A DNA stretch of 64,000 bases, from IMG/VR virus record IMGVR_UViG_3300042934_000822, positions 1 through 64,000 of that record. One strand, 5' to 3'. Each line of letters opens with the position of its first letter. Within the stretch, counting starts at the first letter, position 1. A program made the position numbers and the translations under genes. Positions 26,079 through 35,119 of this stretch are shown here, one piece after another. This stretch comes from a virus. The notes beneath the pieces are model-generated. The model did no database searches, was not told the origin of the DNA, and worked only from the letters and a program-made list of their open reading frames with translations.

Positions 26079-28392
26079 GGGTCACCGCGAAAATGGAATC
26101 CAGCAAGGCCTCATTGGCCATGGCTTTCTCAAAGGCTTTTTCGTCACGCAGGGCCTTGAACACCTGGTCGAACGCAGCATTGATCCGGGTGCGTTCCTCG
26201 CCCTCGGGGTAGGGTTTGAATGGGGCATCCAGCTCGGGCAGATAGTGGTATTTGTTGTCCGCAAGACAGCTCAGGTAGTCGTTTTTCCGGCCCATGTCGG
26301 CCAGACGGTCCTCCAGATAGGCCTGGAACGCGCGCGCGGCCATTTCGAAGGGTTCCGACCAATACTTGCCGGTCACCCCGTCATCGAGTTTTTGCGCTTC
26401 CAGATAGAAATTCGAGACGCTGGCGCCAGACTTGACCTGCACCTCAGTGGCGTCTGCAGGCGAGTAGTAGGCCGCGGCCATTTCGCGCCACTGCTTCTTC
26501 TGCTTGAGGTAGGACTTGGACTGCAGGTTCTGATAGGCCCGGTCGACCGCCAGCACAGCGTCATGCGCGTTGCCGGCGTTCTTGATATCCAGCGCCACGC
26601 CGCGAAGGACGCGGCCGTCCAGATTGAACTGGGCCTTCTCCAAGGCGCGCGGCGGTAGCTTGATCGTCTCCACCAGGCGCTCACTGCCTGAGGTCAGGGT
26701 CTGCTTGAGCGCGACGAAGGCTTCTCGGATAGCGCCAGGCGGCATCAGGTCAGGGTTGGCACTGGCGAACTCATCCCGGGCGCCATTCTCCCCGCGCAGG
26801 ACGCTGGGCAGGATATTGTCCAGGGCGTGGTAGTGCTCATGTCCCAGCGCCCCGCCACCGTTCATTTTGGTCATGTTCATAACGCGCTCGACAGGCTCGT
26901 AATGCGCTCGAGCAGCACCCTTGCCCCCGGAACCACGGGCGCCAAAGGCCATGCCCAGGCGGCCACCGAATCCAAGATGGTTTTCATGGATGCCCAGCAC
27001 GTCAGCCATGTCCTGCATGGCGCCGGCAGTCTGCTCCACATGCCATTTGGCGCTGACGAAGTCGCTCAGCACCCAATTGCCCGACTGCACCGCGCGGAAG
27101 CCGCACAGGCGCTCTAGATCCTTGGTCGACGCAACGGCCACCGGCCGGCCGCCCACGCGTTCGAACTTGTCGACCACCTTGAGCGTGAAGCTGATCTTCT
27201 TCTTGCTGGCGCGTTTCGGCGCGGCCTTCTCCTTTGTGGTCCAGTCCCAGGACGCAGGTTCGCCGGACTTGGCGTTGACCACATGCCCGGCAAAGCTGTC
27301 AGACCCTCCTGCTCGCTTGGAGCGGTACAGGACCGTCTTGACGAAGCGATCGCCCAGGGACAGCCAAGCCCTGGCCTCAGGGCTGCGCAGGTTGCGAGCC
27401 TTAGCCATGTCGACGATATCGGACCGGTCGGCTACCAGGTCGCTCCGTTGCCGGCGTAGCGCCTCATCCTCGTCCTTGGTCATGGCGATCTCATCGCCCC
27501 ATGCCTTTTGCGCCGTCTCGTAGGCCGCTCGAGCGTCAGTGACGGCCTGGTCGTGAACCGGTTCAATAGACCAGCCACGCTTTTTCCGGTTGGCCAGCGC
27601 ACTCTGCGCAGCGTATTGGGCGCTGGCCGCTGCCGTCATGGCCCGGTACAGCACGTTACGGCCGTCCTCGATCGCCTTGGAGCGGGCGCGCAGCTCCTCC
27701 AGTTGCGCGCTCAGCGCTCGGTACTGGTCCGACTCGTCAGCGTTCAGGCGCGTACCGAGCAGCTCCTCGCCAATCTCGGCCAGGGTGCTGGTGACGTCGG
27801 CGACCGTCTTGGCCGCCTCGAGCCTGGTCCTGATGGTTTCGATGCCCAGGGCGTAGCTCTGGCGGGCCTCGGGGCCGTCCTCTACTGGCGCGGTGCCGAT
27901 CGCTGCATACGCCCGATCGATCAGGTACCCGGCCTGGGGTTCCATACCGCCTGCCTGCAGGCCTTCCCAGTCAACTTGGCCGAACAGGTTCGATTTCTTG
28001 ATCAGCTCGCGCGCCTGGCGCGGGTTTTCCTCGATCGCCTTGAAGTCGATATCGCTGATGCGCAGCATCTGGCCAGCGTCGCGCGCTGCCTTGATCGAGG
28101 CAGCTGCCTGTTCTTTGCGGGAGCCGGAAATGTAGCCGGTGTCCTTGTAGCGGTAGTTCTCGCTGTTGGGGTCGTCGCTCAGGCCGTCGTCAGCTGCTGC
28201 CAGGCGCGCCTGCTCCGCGTCGATCGTCGCGGGTGCCTGGCGCACAATGCCGCCCAGCTGGACGTAAAGCTCCAACGCTTCGGTGGTTACCCGGGCTTGT
28301 TGGATAGGGTTCAAAGAGCCGGATTGCAGCTGCTCACGAAGCTGCAAAAGCCTGGTGGTCAACCTGGCTTGCTCGAGGGGGTTTAGAGCCAT
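26071..28392 (-). CDS. Large polyvalent protein with LPD1 (zincin-like) domain
   Basis: GALGHEHYHALD, YWSEPFEMAARAF...PYPEGEERTRINAAFD. Confidence 0.8.
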   Translation of the reverse strand: MALNPLEQARLTTRLLQLREQLQSGSLNPIQQARVTTEALELYVQLGGIVRQAPATIDAEQARLAAADDGLSDDPNSENYRYKDTGYISGSRKEQAAASIKAARDAGQMLRISDIDFKAIEENPRQARELIKKSNLFGQVDWEGLQAGGMEPQAGYLIDRAYAAIGTAPVEDGPEARQSYALGIETIRTRLEAAKTVADVTSTLAEIGEELLGTRLNADESDQYRALSAQLEELRARSKAIEDGRNVLYRAMTAAASAQYAAQSALANRKKRGWSIEPVHDQAVTDARAAYETAQKAWGDEIAMTKDEDEALRRQRSDLVADRSDIVDMAKARNLRSPEARAWLSLGDRFVKTVLYRSKRAGGSDSFAGHVVNAKSGEPASWDWTTKEKAAPKRASKKKISFTLKVVDKFERVGGRPVAVASTKDLERLCGFRAVQSGNWVLSDFVSAKWHVEQTAGAMQDMADVLGIHENHLGFGGRLGMAFGARGSGGKGAARAHYEPVERVMNMTKMNGGGALGHEHYHALDNILPSVLRGENGARDEFASANPDLMPPGAIREAFVALKQTLTSGSERLVETIKLPPRALEKAQFNLDGRVLRGVALDIKNAGNAHDAVLAVDRAYQNLQSKSYLKQKKQWREMAAAYYSPADATEVQVKSGASVSNFYLEAQKLDDGVTGKYWSEPFEMAARAFQAYLEDRLADMGRKNDYLSCLADNKYHYLPELDAPFKPYPEGEERTRINAAFDQVFKALRDEKAFEKAMANEALLDSIFAVTHD

Positions 28393-28423
28393 GAAAAAGG
28401 GCCTGCATAGTGTGCAAGCCCTC

Positions 28424-28465
28424 ATTTTGAAGCGGCGGAAACGCGCTATTCCGCTGGTGTTTCCG
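28424..28465 (-). promoter_or_regulatory. Late promoter CGGAAA-N30-CAAAAT
   Basis: Conserved motif and spacing. Confidence 0.65.
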
Positions 28466-29189
28466 CATGCCGGACGAACACGTAGCCGCGCATGAACTGC
28501 TGAATGGTCATCAGCTGGTTCTGATTTGCGTTCACCCGCTCGATCTCAACGTCCAACTCGGACAAAGAGCCATTGAGTTCATCGATATCCTTGATGAACC
28601 ATTCGCGCTGCTGGTGGAGCAGGGTGAATCTTGGGTTTTCAGTGAACACATCGCCGCGCTTCCAGTTGGCGGGCTTGGTCATGTCCAGCTTGGCCACCGG
28701 CTCCTCTGGTTGGAGAGGCGAATCGGAAACCAGCTCGAGGGGCTCCGACGTCTTCACCAGCTCCGCGTAATCGCTCACGGCCAACGCCGATGGAACAACT
28801 TGCGCAACAGGCTCTTTCCCCTCGAGGCTGATCGCCGCCGTCGGCACCAAGGGGGCGACGTCAGCTGCAGGTGTGGTGATGGTGGACTGCGGCGGATCTG
28901 CCATCAGCGGCGCCAGCACGGGACTGGCCAGCAACTCGGCGAACGACCCGATGCTTACGCGTTGCGCCTCGGGCAACACGTCGAAGTACTCCTGCTGGCC
29001 CTGGGGCTCGATCTCGACGCAATCGATGCCAATGGGGATCAACACACCGCGCAGCTTATCCAGCAGCCCCGGGCGCATTTCACCCGTCATCACCAGCACC
29101 TTACGTGCCTGGGCCGCGTGCTGCTCCAGTCGGGTCAGCTCCTGCACGATCCCCGAAACCCCCATGTCTTGCCCCTGCACTTCGCTCAT
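28446..29189 (-). CDS. Hypothetical protein
   Basis: ATG 29189, AGGA RBS. Confidence 0.6.
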   Translation of the reverse strand: MSEVQGQDMGVSGIVQELTRLEQHAAQARKVLVMTGEMRPGLLDKLRGVLIPIGIDCVEIEPQGQQEYFDVLPEAQRVSIGSFAELLASPVLAPLMADPPQSTITTPAADVAPLVPTAAISLEGKEPVAQVVPSALAVSDYAELVKTSEPLELVSDSPLQPEEPVAKLDMTKPANWKRGDVFTENPRFTLLHQQREWFIKDIDELNGSLSELDVEIERVNANQNQLMTIQQFMRGYVFVRHAETPAE

Positions 29190-29300
29190 TGCCCGATTCC
29201 TGGATGATTGGTAAACCAGGATTATCAAGCGCGTTGGAGGGTACGCGCGTTGGCACCTTTGCGCGTTCGCGCCAAAAAAACTTGTGATTGGTGACAGGCA

Positions 29301-29585
29301 TCAGCGAGTGGCGATCCAGCCGACCGGCTCGCTGTCCTGGTCTACCAGGGCTCGGAACTCGCTCATGGCTAGGGCGGGATTGTTGTAGCAGTAGCGCCGG
29401 GCGTAGCCGTACGGGTCAACGTCGGTGACGATTGCGACGGTGAAAATGAGCGGAATCATGGCCACATAGGTACCGTCTTCGAGCTGGCGCCAGCACAGGT
29501 ACCGGTTGGCTGGGTTGTTCAGCTGAGCTTCGACCTCTGGGCGGGGCTGGGCGTTTATCATCCAGACATTTTGAGGGGCTTTCAT
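29301..29585 (-). CDS. Hypothetical phage protein
   Basis: MKAPQ...YGYARRYCY...EPVGW; start placed after the promoter at ~29620. Confidence 0.7.
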   Translation of the reverse strand: MKAPQNVWMINAQPRPEVEAQLNNPANRYLCWRQLEDGTYVAMIPLIFTVAIVTDVDPYGYARRYCYNNPALAMSEFRALVDQDSEPVGWIATR

Positions 29586-29656
29586 GACTGATTTCTCTGG
29601 CTGATATCGTATGCGGACGATAGTACTGGCCAGAAATAGGAATTTAAACCTGTTTT

Positions 29657-29728
29657 CACGCGTTCGCGCGTTCGCGCTTTGGCGCTTTGGCGCTTTGGCG
29701 CTTTGGCGCTTTGGCGCTTTGGCGCCTA
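29657..29728. repeat. Nine-unit 8-bp tandem array (five exact GGCGCTTT); candidate partition centromere
   Basis: cacgcgtt cgcgcgtt cgcgcttt (ggcgcttt)x5 ggcgccta. Confidence 0.75.
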
Positions 29729-29829
29729 TGATGCGCTTCACAACAATGAGGCAGATTTCGAAAAGATCGTCAACGATTTGGCTTCGGTTGAGAGTGTTTG
29801 ATCTGCAGAGACCTTGAAAGCGGCGCGAT

Positions 29830-29860
29830 AAAAAATGGGGCCTACTAAGGGCCCCATTTT
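29830..29860 (-). terminator. Intrinsic terminator
   Basis: AAAAATGGGGCC-loop-GGCCCCATTTT. Confidence 0.8.
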
Positions 29861-29899
29861 CAATTCAACGCTCGGCAGGTCAGGACTGCCGGAATACCC

Positions 29900-32800
29900 C
29901 TACAGAGTGTCAGCCGTGACCTTCAACGCATAGTCACGCAGCGCGTTGGACGCATCGGCAAACAGGTCTTTCAGCTCAGCCTCACCCCATTGGGCGTAGA
30001 TCTCCTCGAGCCTGGCCAGCACCTCGGCGGGGCTTCCCAGGTCAGTCGTTCCTTCGATCAGGCTATCGAGATAGGCCTTTGCTGCTTTCAATTTGTCATC
30101 CTCGTCTGGCTCCGGGGGCGTCGATTGGTCAGGCTCGGCGGCGGCGGCCGGCGCTGGGGCAGCGAACATATCGCCTTGGTCGATGGCAAACAAGCCTTCA
30201 CCGTACTCCTGGTCAAGCTTGCGGTTGGCCGCGCCCACAATGTCCGTGAAGCTGACAGCAGCGTCGCCGAACAAGCCTGCCGTCTGCTTGCGGGCGTTTT
30301 CGCTTTCCACGAACTGGGCCATAGCCTTGAACGCGGTCCCCATGCGCTTGGCACTGCGATTGTTCTGGTGGATGAACATGGCCATGGCTGCCACGGCAGG
30401 ATCGGTACCACCGAACATATCGCCCTGGCGCAGGAACTCGTCCAGGCCCAGGCCGGCCTCCTTCGCCTGGCGCAGCACGTTGGTAGCGCCGATGATGGCG
30501 TTGACGGCCTCCTGATTGAGCGATAGCTCAACGGAGTCGGTAACACGGCCGCCAGCCTCCTCGGCACCAACCAGGTCGACCTCCTTGGCGCGCATGAAGT
30601 CTGGAGCGGCGCTGTTGAGTGCAGCCACGATGTTGGCGATCTCAGGCTTAGCGACGTCCGCGGTCATTTCCAGGAGGCGATCATCGGAGTAGGCGCCAGC
30701 GAACAGCGCAGCCTGCAGGCGGCTGATCAGGCCGCTGGTGGGCTTGCCCTCGGTGGTCAGGTACTGGGCAGCCTCCGCGTCACCCAGCGACTGCAGGAAG
30801 GCTGCAACGAAGTCACGGTTTGCTGCGCTGTTGAGGTCTCCGTCTGCCAGCTTGGCCAGCATGGCGGTGTCAAGCCGCTTGGCATCGCTGCGCGCCTTCT
30901 CCGTGGCAGTCATGGCCAACTTATCATCCTGGTTGGCCTCGACAGCGAACGTCACACGATCGACGTCAGACCTGCGCACGCGCACCAGGACAGGGTTCTG
31001 CATGCGGTTGATCTTCTCCACGTCTACCCCGAAGTACTCCGCGTTCTCTACGAGCCATTCACGGTAGTCACCAGCAGAGCCGATCCGGTAGGCCTCTCGG
31101 ATCGCCATTGCGCGGCCGTTGCCCGACTCCACTACTCGATCAGGCCCAACGATGGGGGCACCGCTGTCGGCACGCTGGGTGCGCCCCAGGCTGTCTGGGT
31201 CGAGGCTGCGTGCAGTTTTTTGGACCCAGGCCTGCGAGGTGCTGCGGGAGCGGTCGCGCGGCTGGATCTCTGCGGGGTAGTCAGGATTCGGTGTGCCGTC
31301 GCTCTCATGGCTGATCACCAGCTTGCCTGCCTCGATGACCTTGAAACCGGTCAGCACCTTGGTGCCCTTGGCCGTCTTCACGGTGTTGTCGCGGCCTTCC
31401 GCCTCAATGGTACCGGTGTCCTCTTGCTCGGCCTTGAGCGCAGCGTTGGCGGTCCGTTCGGCACGCTCCTCCTCGCGCTCTGCAAGATGCGCCGCCAACA
31501 TGGCTTCCTCCTGAGGCGTTTCAGGCTCGACGGTGGCCGCTGCCTGCACGGCAGCTGCTGCCTGTGCTGGTGTCTTCCCTGCAGCGAACAGCTGGTCCAC
31601 CAGAGACTCCTGAGGCATGGCCATCGCATCCGCATCACCGTGACTGATCTCCATGCGCTCTGCTAGCGCTTCCAGGAACAGTTCCTGCCACGCATTACGC
31701 TCTGCAGGCGCAGCCGCTGGCGGCAGGGTGGTAGATGCTGGCGCACTCTTCCGGGCTGCCAACTGGGCGGTCAGATCCTCGATCTGCTTGTCCAGCTCGG
31801 CCAGCTCGTCCGTCTTTGCAGATTCCGCCTCTTTCAATGCCGCAAGCTGGGCATCGCGCTCGGCTTTATTGGCATTGGCCTGGGTGAACTTGGCGCTGTT
31901 CTTGTCGACCAGCCTGATGATGCGTCGGGCAACCTCACGCGGGTTGAGATCCTGGCCACGCTCGGGCGCCACCACGATCGTGACGTCCTTCTTGTTGAGC
32001 ACCCACTTCCAGCTAACCATCTCGTCGGTGGGACTCAGCTTGTTGGGGGTGGTGTCGGGGTTGTGGAAGAACACGCTGACGGACTGGCCATCGTCCATCG
32101 TGAACAACATGGCCAGCTGCGTGGTGCCTCGATTCTTGAATGCTTTGCTGACCTGGACGCCTTCTGGCTTCACTTGGGTCGCAACCATCTGCATGACGCG
32201 CAGCAGCTGGTTGGCCTTGCGCTCGAATTGCTGCACCTGGATCACCATGGCATCGAGCATGGCGCCATCGCTCATGAACTCCTCGAGGTCGGACAGGGTG
32301 GCCGCGTCCATCATCAATCCGCCACTGTCGTGACGGCGCAGCTTGGCGATCACGTCGCCAAGGGTCTCGCCTACAGGCATGCGCTGATCGTCCCAGCGCA
32401 CGATTACGTCGGTCATGCTTACCGCCTTGTCTTCAATGAGATCGCCAGGCACAAGCGGCCGGCGCAGATCACCGTGCTTGAGCCAGTCCTTGAACTGCTT
32501 GATGCTGCAGGCCGTCAGGCTGGCCAGCCCGGTCCAGCCCTTTTCGTAGCTGTTGAGATAGGCCTGGCGCGCCTGCTCCTCGTCAGTGAACCCCAGCAGC
32601 ACCTTGTGCTCATCGAAAGCACCAGTCTTGTCCTGCTGGTTGACGACAAAGACCTGCAGGCTCTCAGGCATGGGGCCGATGAACACGTCTACCGCGTCGC
32701 CGTCGGCGCCCACGGTGCCGTTGATGTAGCCGTAGTGGGCCATGCACACGACTGACCAGGGGGCCCCATCCGTTTTGCCTCGACGAGGCTGGAACATGGG

Positions 32801-32953
32801 CGTTTCGATGGTGACGGTCATGCCGTGAAGACGCGTGCTGCCCTTCGAGTAGTTGCCGGCGCGGAGCTGCTCAGGCGTGGGAGTGGCGCGGGAGCCTGCG
32901 CCGAATGCGCCGGAATGGGCCGCGCCCTGTAGTGCTGCGAATTTGTCTGCCAT
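29900..32953 (-). CDS. Fusion protein: inorganic-pyrophosphatase-like domain, DarA C-terminal domain and DdrB-like ParB domain
   Basis: HYGYI.GT.GADGDAVDVF...DEHK; DGQSVSVFFHNPD...SWKWVLNKKDVTIVVAPERG; QPRDR...GAPIV...VESGNGR. Confidence 0.8.
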   Translation of the reverse strand: MADKFAALQGAAHSGAFGAGSRATPTPEQLRAGNYSKGSTRLHGMTVTIETPMFQPRRGKTDGAPWSVVCMAHYGYINGTVGADGDAVDVFIGPMPESLQVFVVNQQDKTGAFDEHKVLLGFTDEEQARQAYLNSYEKGWTGLASLTACSIKQFKDWLKHGDLRRPLVPGDLIEDKAVSMTDVIVRWDDQRMPVGETLGDVIAKLRRHDSGGLMMDAATLSDLEEFMSDGAMLDAMVIQVQQFERKANQLLRVMQMVATQVKPEGVQVSKAFKNRGTTQLAMLFTMDDGQSVSVFFHNPDTTPNKLSPTDEMVSWKWVLNKKDVTIVVAPERGQDLNPREVARRIIRLVDKNSAKFTQANANKAERDAQLAALKEAESAKTDELAELDKQIEDLTAQLAARKSAPASTTLPPAAAPAERNAWQELFLEALAERMEISHGDADAMAMPQESLVDQLFAAGKTPAQAAAAVQAAATVEPETPQEEAMLAAHLAEREEERAERTANAALKAEQEDTGTIEAEGRDNTVKTAKGTKVLTGFKVIEAGKLVISHESDGTPNPDYPAEIQPRDRSRSTSQAWVQKTARSLDPDSLGRTQRADSGAPIVGPDRVVESGNGRAMAIREAYRIGSAGDYREWLVENAEYFGVDVEKINRMQNPVLVRVRRSDVDRVTFAVEANQDDKLAMTATEKARSDAKRLDTAMLAKLADGDLNSAANRDFVAAFLQSLGDAEAAQYLTTEGKPTSGLISRLQAALFAGAYSDDRLLEMTADVAKPEIANIVAALNSAAPDFMRAKEVDLVGAEEAGGRVTDSVELSLNQEAVNAIIGATNVLRQAKEAGLGLDEFLRQGDMFGGTDPAVAAMAMFIHQNNRSAKRMGTAFKAMAQFVESENARKQTAGLFGDAAVSFTDIVGAANRKLDQEYGEGLFAIDQGDMFAAPAPAAAAEPDQSTPPEPDEDDKLKAAKAYLDSLIEGTTDLGSPAEVLARLEEIYAQWGEAELKDLFADASNALRDYALKVTADTL

Positions 32954-32979
32954 GGCTGTCGCCTCGGATGAAAGCACAC

Positions 32980-33021
32980 ACGATATAGGGCCAGGAAGGG
33001 CACTTTCGGGCAGGCTTTCCG
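32980..33021 (-). promoter_or_regulatory. Late promoter CGGAAA-N30-TATCGT
   Basis: Conserved motif and spacing. Confidence 0.65.
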
Positions 33022-33079
33022 CCGATCGGCAGGCACAAAAAAGGCGCCTCAATGGGCGCCTCATTGCCAACTTGCCAAC

Positions 33080-33373
33080 TCAGCGTGCTGAGCGCGGTAC
33101 TGGTCGGCGATTGGTCTTCCGGTCGCGGTAACGCATCAGGGCGTCTTCGAAGTACTCGTCCTTCTCGCCAGCGGCTGTCCGCGCAGCGTGCGCCTCAAGC
33201 AGCAGGTTCAACAAGTCGGATGGCCGTGATAGGCGAAGCTCGGCTGTCGAGGTGCGCAGCGTCAGGTTGGGTCCCTTCTGCAGGTGCGCGTTGAAGCGGT
33301 AGCTCTCAGTCGATTCTTCAAGCTCCTGATCAACCTTCTGTCTACTGGGTCGGATGCTGGCTCGGTCACTCAT
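33080..33373 (-). CDS. Small protein downstream of parA; candidate centromere-binding partner
   Basis: Position and size; own promoter overlapped by 8-bp repeats. Confidence 0.5.
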   Translation of the reverse strand: MSDRASIRPSRQKVDQELEESTESYRFNAHLQKGPNLTLRTSTAELRLSRPSDLLNLLLEAHAARTAAGEKDEYFEDALMRYRDRKTNRRPVPRSAR

Positions 33374-33457
33374 TGCTCACCTGGTACTGTCATTGATCGA
33401 AGGCGCGAACGCGTGTTGGTGATCATAGGGGAAAAGCGCGTTCGCGCCAAGGCGCGT

Positions 33458-34117
33458 TTATTCCGTGCCCTCGAGCAGCGACAGTACGTTGTTCATGATG
33501 AGGGTGATTTCATCGACCGCAGCCTGGTCGCGGGGCTTGTACTCGAAGACTGACTGGCCCACGCCCGCGCTCTCCGGATACGCGACGCGCTGGACCACGA
33601 TGCCTTCGATGACTGGCAGCTCGAAGACCTCGATTTCGCTCTGGATGTTCTTCGCTCGGTTGGTGCCCTGAATCACACGGGTCAGGACGAATGCAGCCTT
33701 GAGGGAGCGCGACACGTCCGCCAGCATTTCCTGGCGGTCCTTGATCATGTTGACCAGGTCTTCGGATGCCCAGACGTCGAGCTTCGAAGGCTGAACAGGG
33801 ATCAACACCAGGTCAGCAGCCTTGACGGCGGCCTCGGCCAGCTTGTTGGCCTTCGAAGCGCCATCGATGACCACATAGTCGTTCTTGATTCGGGAGACTT
33901 CACGCGAGAGCAGTTCCGGGCGATCGATTGCATAGATGCGCACCGTCTCCTGATCATCCTCTCGGGCTGCCGCCCAGTCGCGGGCAGTCCCTTGAGGATC
34001 GGAGTCAACCAGCACCACGTCCATACCCTGACGGCTCATGGCGTCGACCAGGTTGTACGACAGGGTGGTTTTGCCGGCGCCGCCCTTGGGCTGCAGGACC
34101 GCAATGACCTTTGGCAT
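33458..34117 (-). CDS. parA: ParA-family partition ATPase (short, type Ib/ParF-like)
   Basis: KGGAGKTT deviant Walker A, VDSDPQG, VVIDG, LIPVQPS. Confidence 0.93.
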   Translation of the reverse strand: MPKVIAVLQPKGGAGKTTLSYNLVDAMSRQGMDVVLVDSDPQGTARDWAAAREDDQETVRIYAIDRPELLSREVSRIKNDYVVIDGASKANKLAEAAVKAADLVLIPVQPSKLDVWASEDLVNMIKDRQEMLADVSRSLKAAFVLTRVIQGTNRAKNIQSEIEVFELPVIEGIVVQRVAYPESAGVGQSVFEYKPRDQAAVDEITLIMNNVLSLLEGTE

Positions 34118-34166
34118 GAAGAAACCTCGATTATCTGGCTGAATGAGGCCGGCACTATAACTGCAA

Positions 34167-34230
34167 AGCGCGTTCGTGCGAACCCTCCAACGCACAAAAG
34201 CGCGTTCGCGCCAAAGCGCCTTAGCGCCTT
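34167..34230. repeat. Eight phased 8-bp units over the parA promoter
   Basis: agcgcgtt cgtgcgaa ccctccaa cgcacaaa agcgcgtt cgcgccaa agcgcctt agcgcctt; -10 TATAGT at 34154-34159. Confidence 0.65.
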
Positions 34231-34288
34231 AGATGCGTCTGGGCATGAAAAAGCCCAGCAAAAGCTGGGCTCTGGTACTCAACAGCGG

Positions 34289-34540
34289 TTACATCTGAGC
34301 GACCCTTTCCTCCTCGACGGGCTCACGCAAGGTGGGCTCTACCAGGTCGTTTCTGGCCAGCCTCCCGTTACCTGGCCAGGTGCCTTCTTGGATCATCTGC
34401 TTGTTGAACTTGGCGTCAGCTACCTGTTGCTCGAAATCAGCAGATCCGGCGAGCCCGAAGCAAACGGCAAGTGCGACACCGGTGAGGAAAGTAGACACCG
34501 GGCCCATGAACTGCTGACGCTTATGATTGTGTGTACGCAT
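34289..34540 (-). CDS. Small hypothetical membrane/exported protein
   Basis: AAGGA RBS, one hydrophobic segment, own promoter and terminator. Confidence 0.55.
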   Translation of the reverse strand: MRTHNHKRQQFMGPVSTFLTGVALAVCFGLAGSADFEQQVADAKFNKQMIQEGTWPGNGRLARNDLVEPTLREPVEEERVAQM

Positions 34541-34657
34541 TGGTGAAGTCCTTCATATCTGGCTGATAGGTGAAGCGAGAAGGACATTATCATTATGTTA
34601 ATTTTCTAGCAATGAAGCATTATCAAATTACTAATTTTTTGCAGACTGGAGAAGGTC

Positions 34658-35119
34658 ATGCAGGTGCTGGTATCGATCGCGGGTTATGGAGGGGAGGGCG
34701 CCAAGCCTACGACCCTGGCTGCATTTTTTGACGAGTCCAACAGCTCGATGGTGGCGCTAAAGGAGGTCCCATTTCGCGAAAAAGCCGACAAAGGCTACGC
34801 ATTTGTGACCAATCTTCGGCTTGAAAACTACGATTGCCTGTTCACCGAATCGCATCTGCAGGGGGCCATCCTCGCCTACCGCGAAGAGGTGGCCAGGGTA
34901 GGGTTCATCTTGGCAGATGAAGTGGGCAAGCATCGTCCTCGGATAGAAACTGACGGGATCGACGCCTCAGGCCAGAAATACCGCCTGCACGCCAGCATGA
35001 CCAATGGTGAGGTGGCAGTGCTGGCGCTGGCACACTTCCAGTCACGCCAGCGCTCCGTGGGCTCTCTCACGAATCAGATGGACAAGATGGCCGACCTCTA
35101 CAACATCAGATCGATCTAG
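34658..35119 (+). CDS. Hypothetical protein
   Basis: GGAG RBS, clean ORF. Confidence 0.7.
   Translation: MQVLVSIAGYGGEGAKPTTLAAFFDESNSSMVALKEVPFREKADKGYAFVTNLRLENYDCLFTESHLQGAILAYREEVARVGFILADEVGKHRPRIETDGIDASGQKYRLHASMTNGEVAVLALAHFQSRQRSVGSLTNQMDKMADLYNIRSI

Noticed and set aside
29221-29263. Twelfth late promoter (CGCAAA-N31-GATAAT)
   Set aside because: The CGCAAA falls inside the 8-bp repeat array and could arise from it; left uncalled.
29586-29741. KAPKRQSA-repeat N-terminal extension of ORF 29301-29741
   Set aside because: It is only the translation of the 8-bp DNA array; a promoter and UTR box place the real start at 29585.
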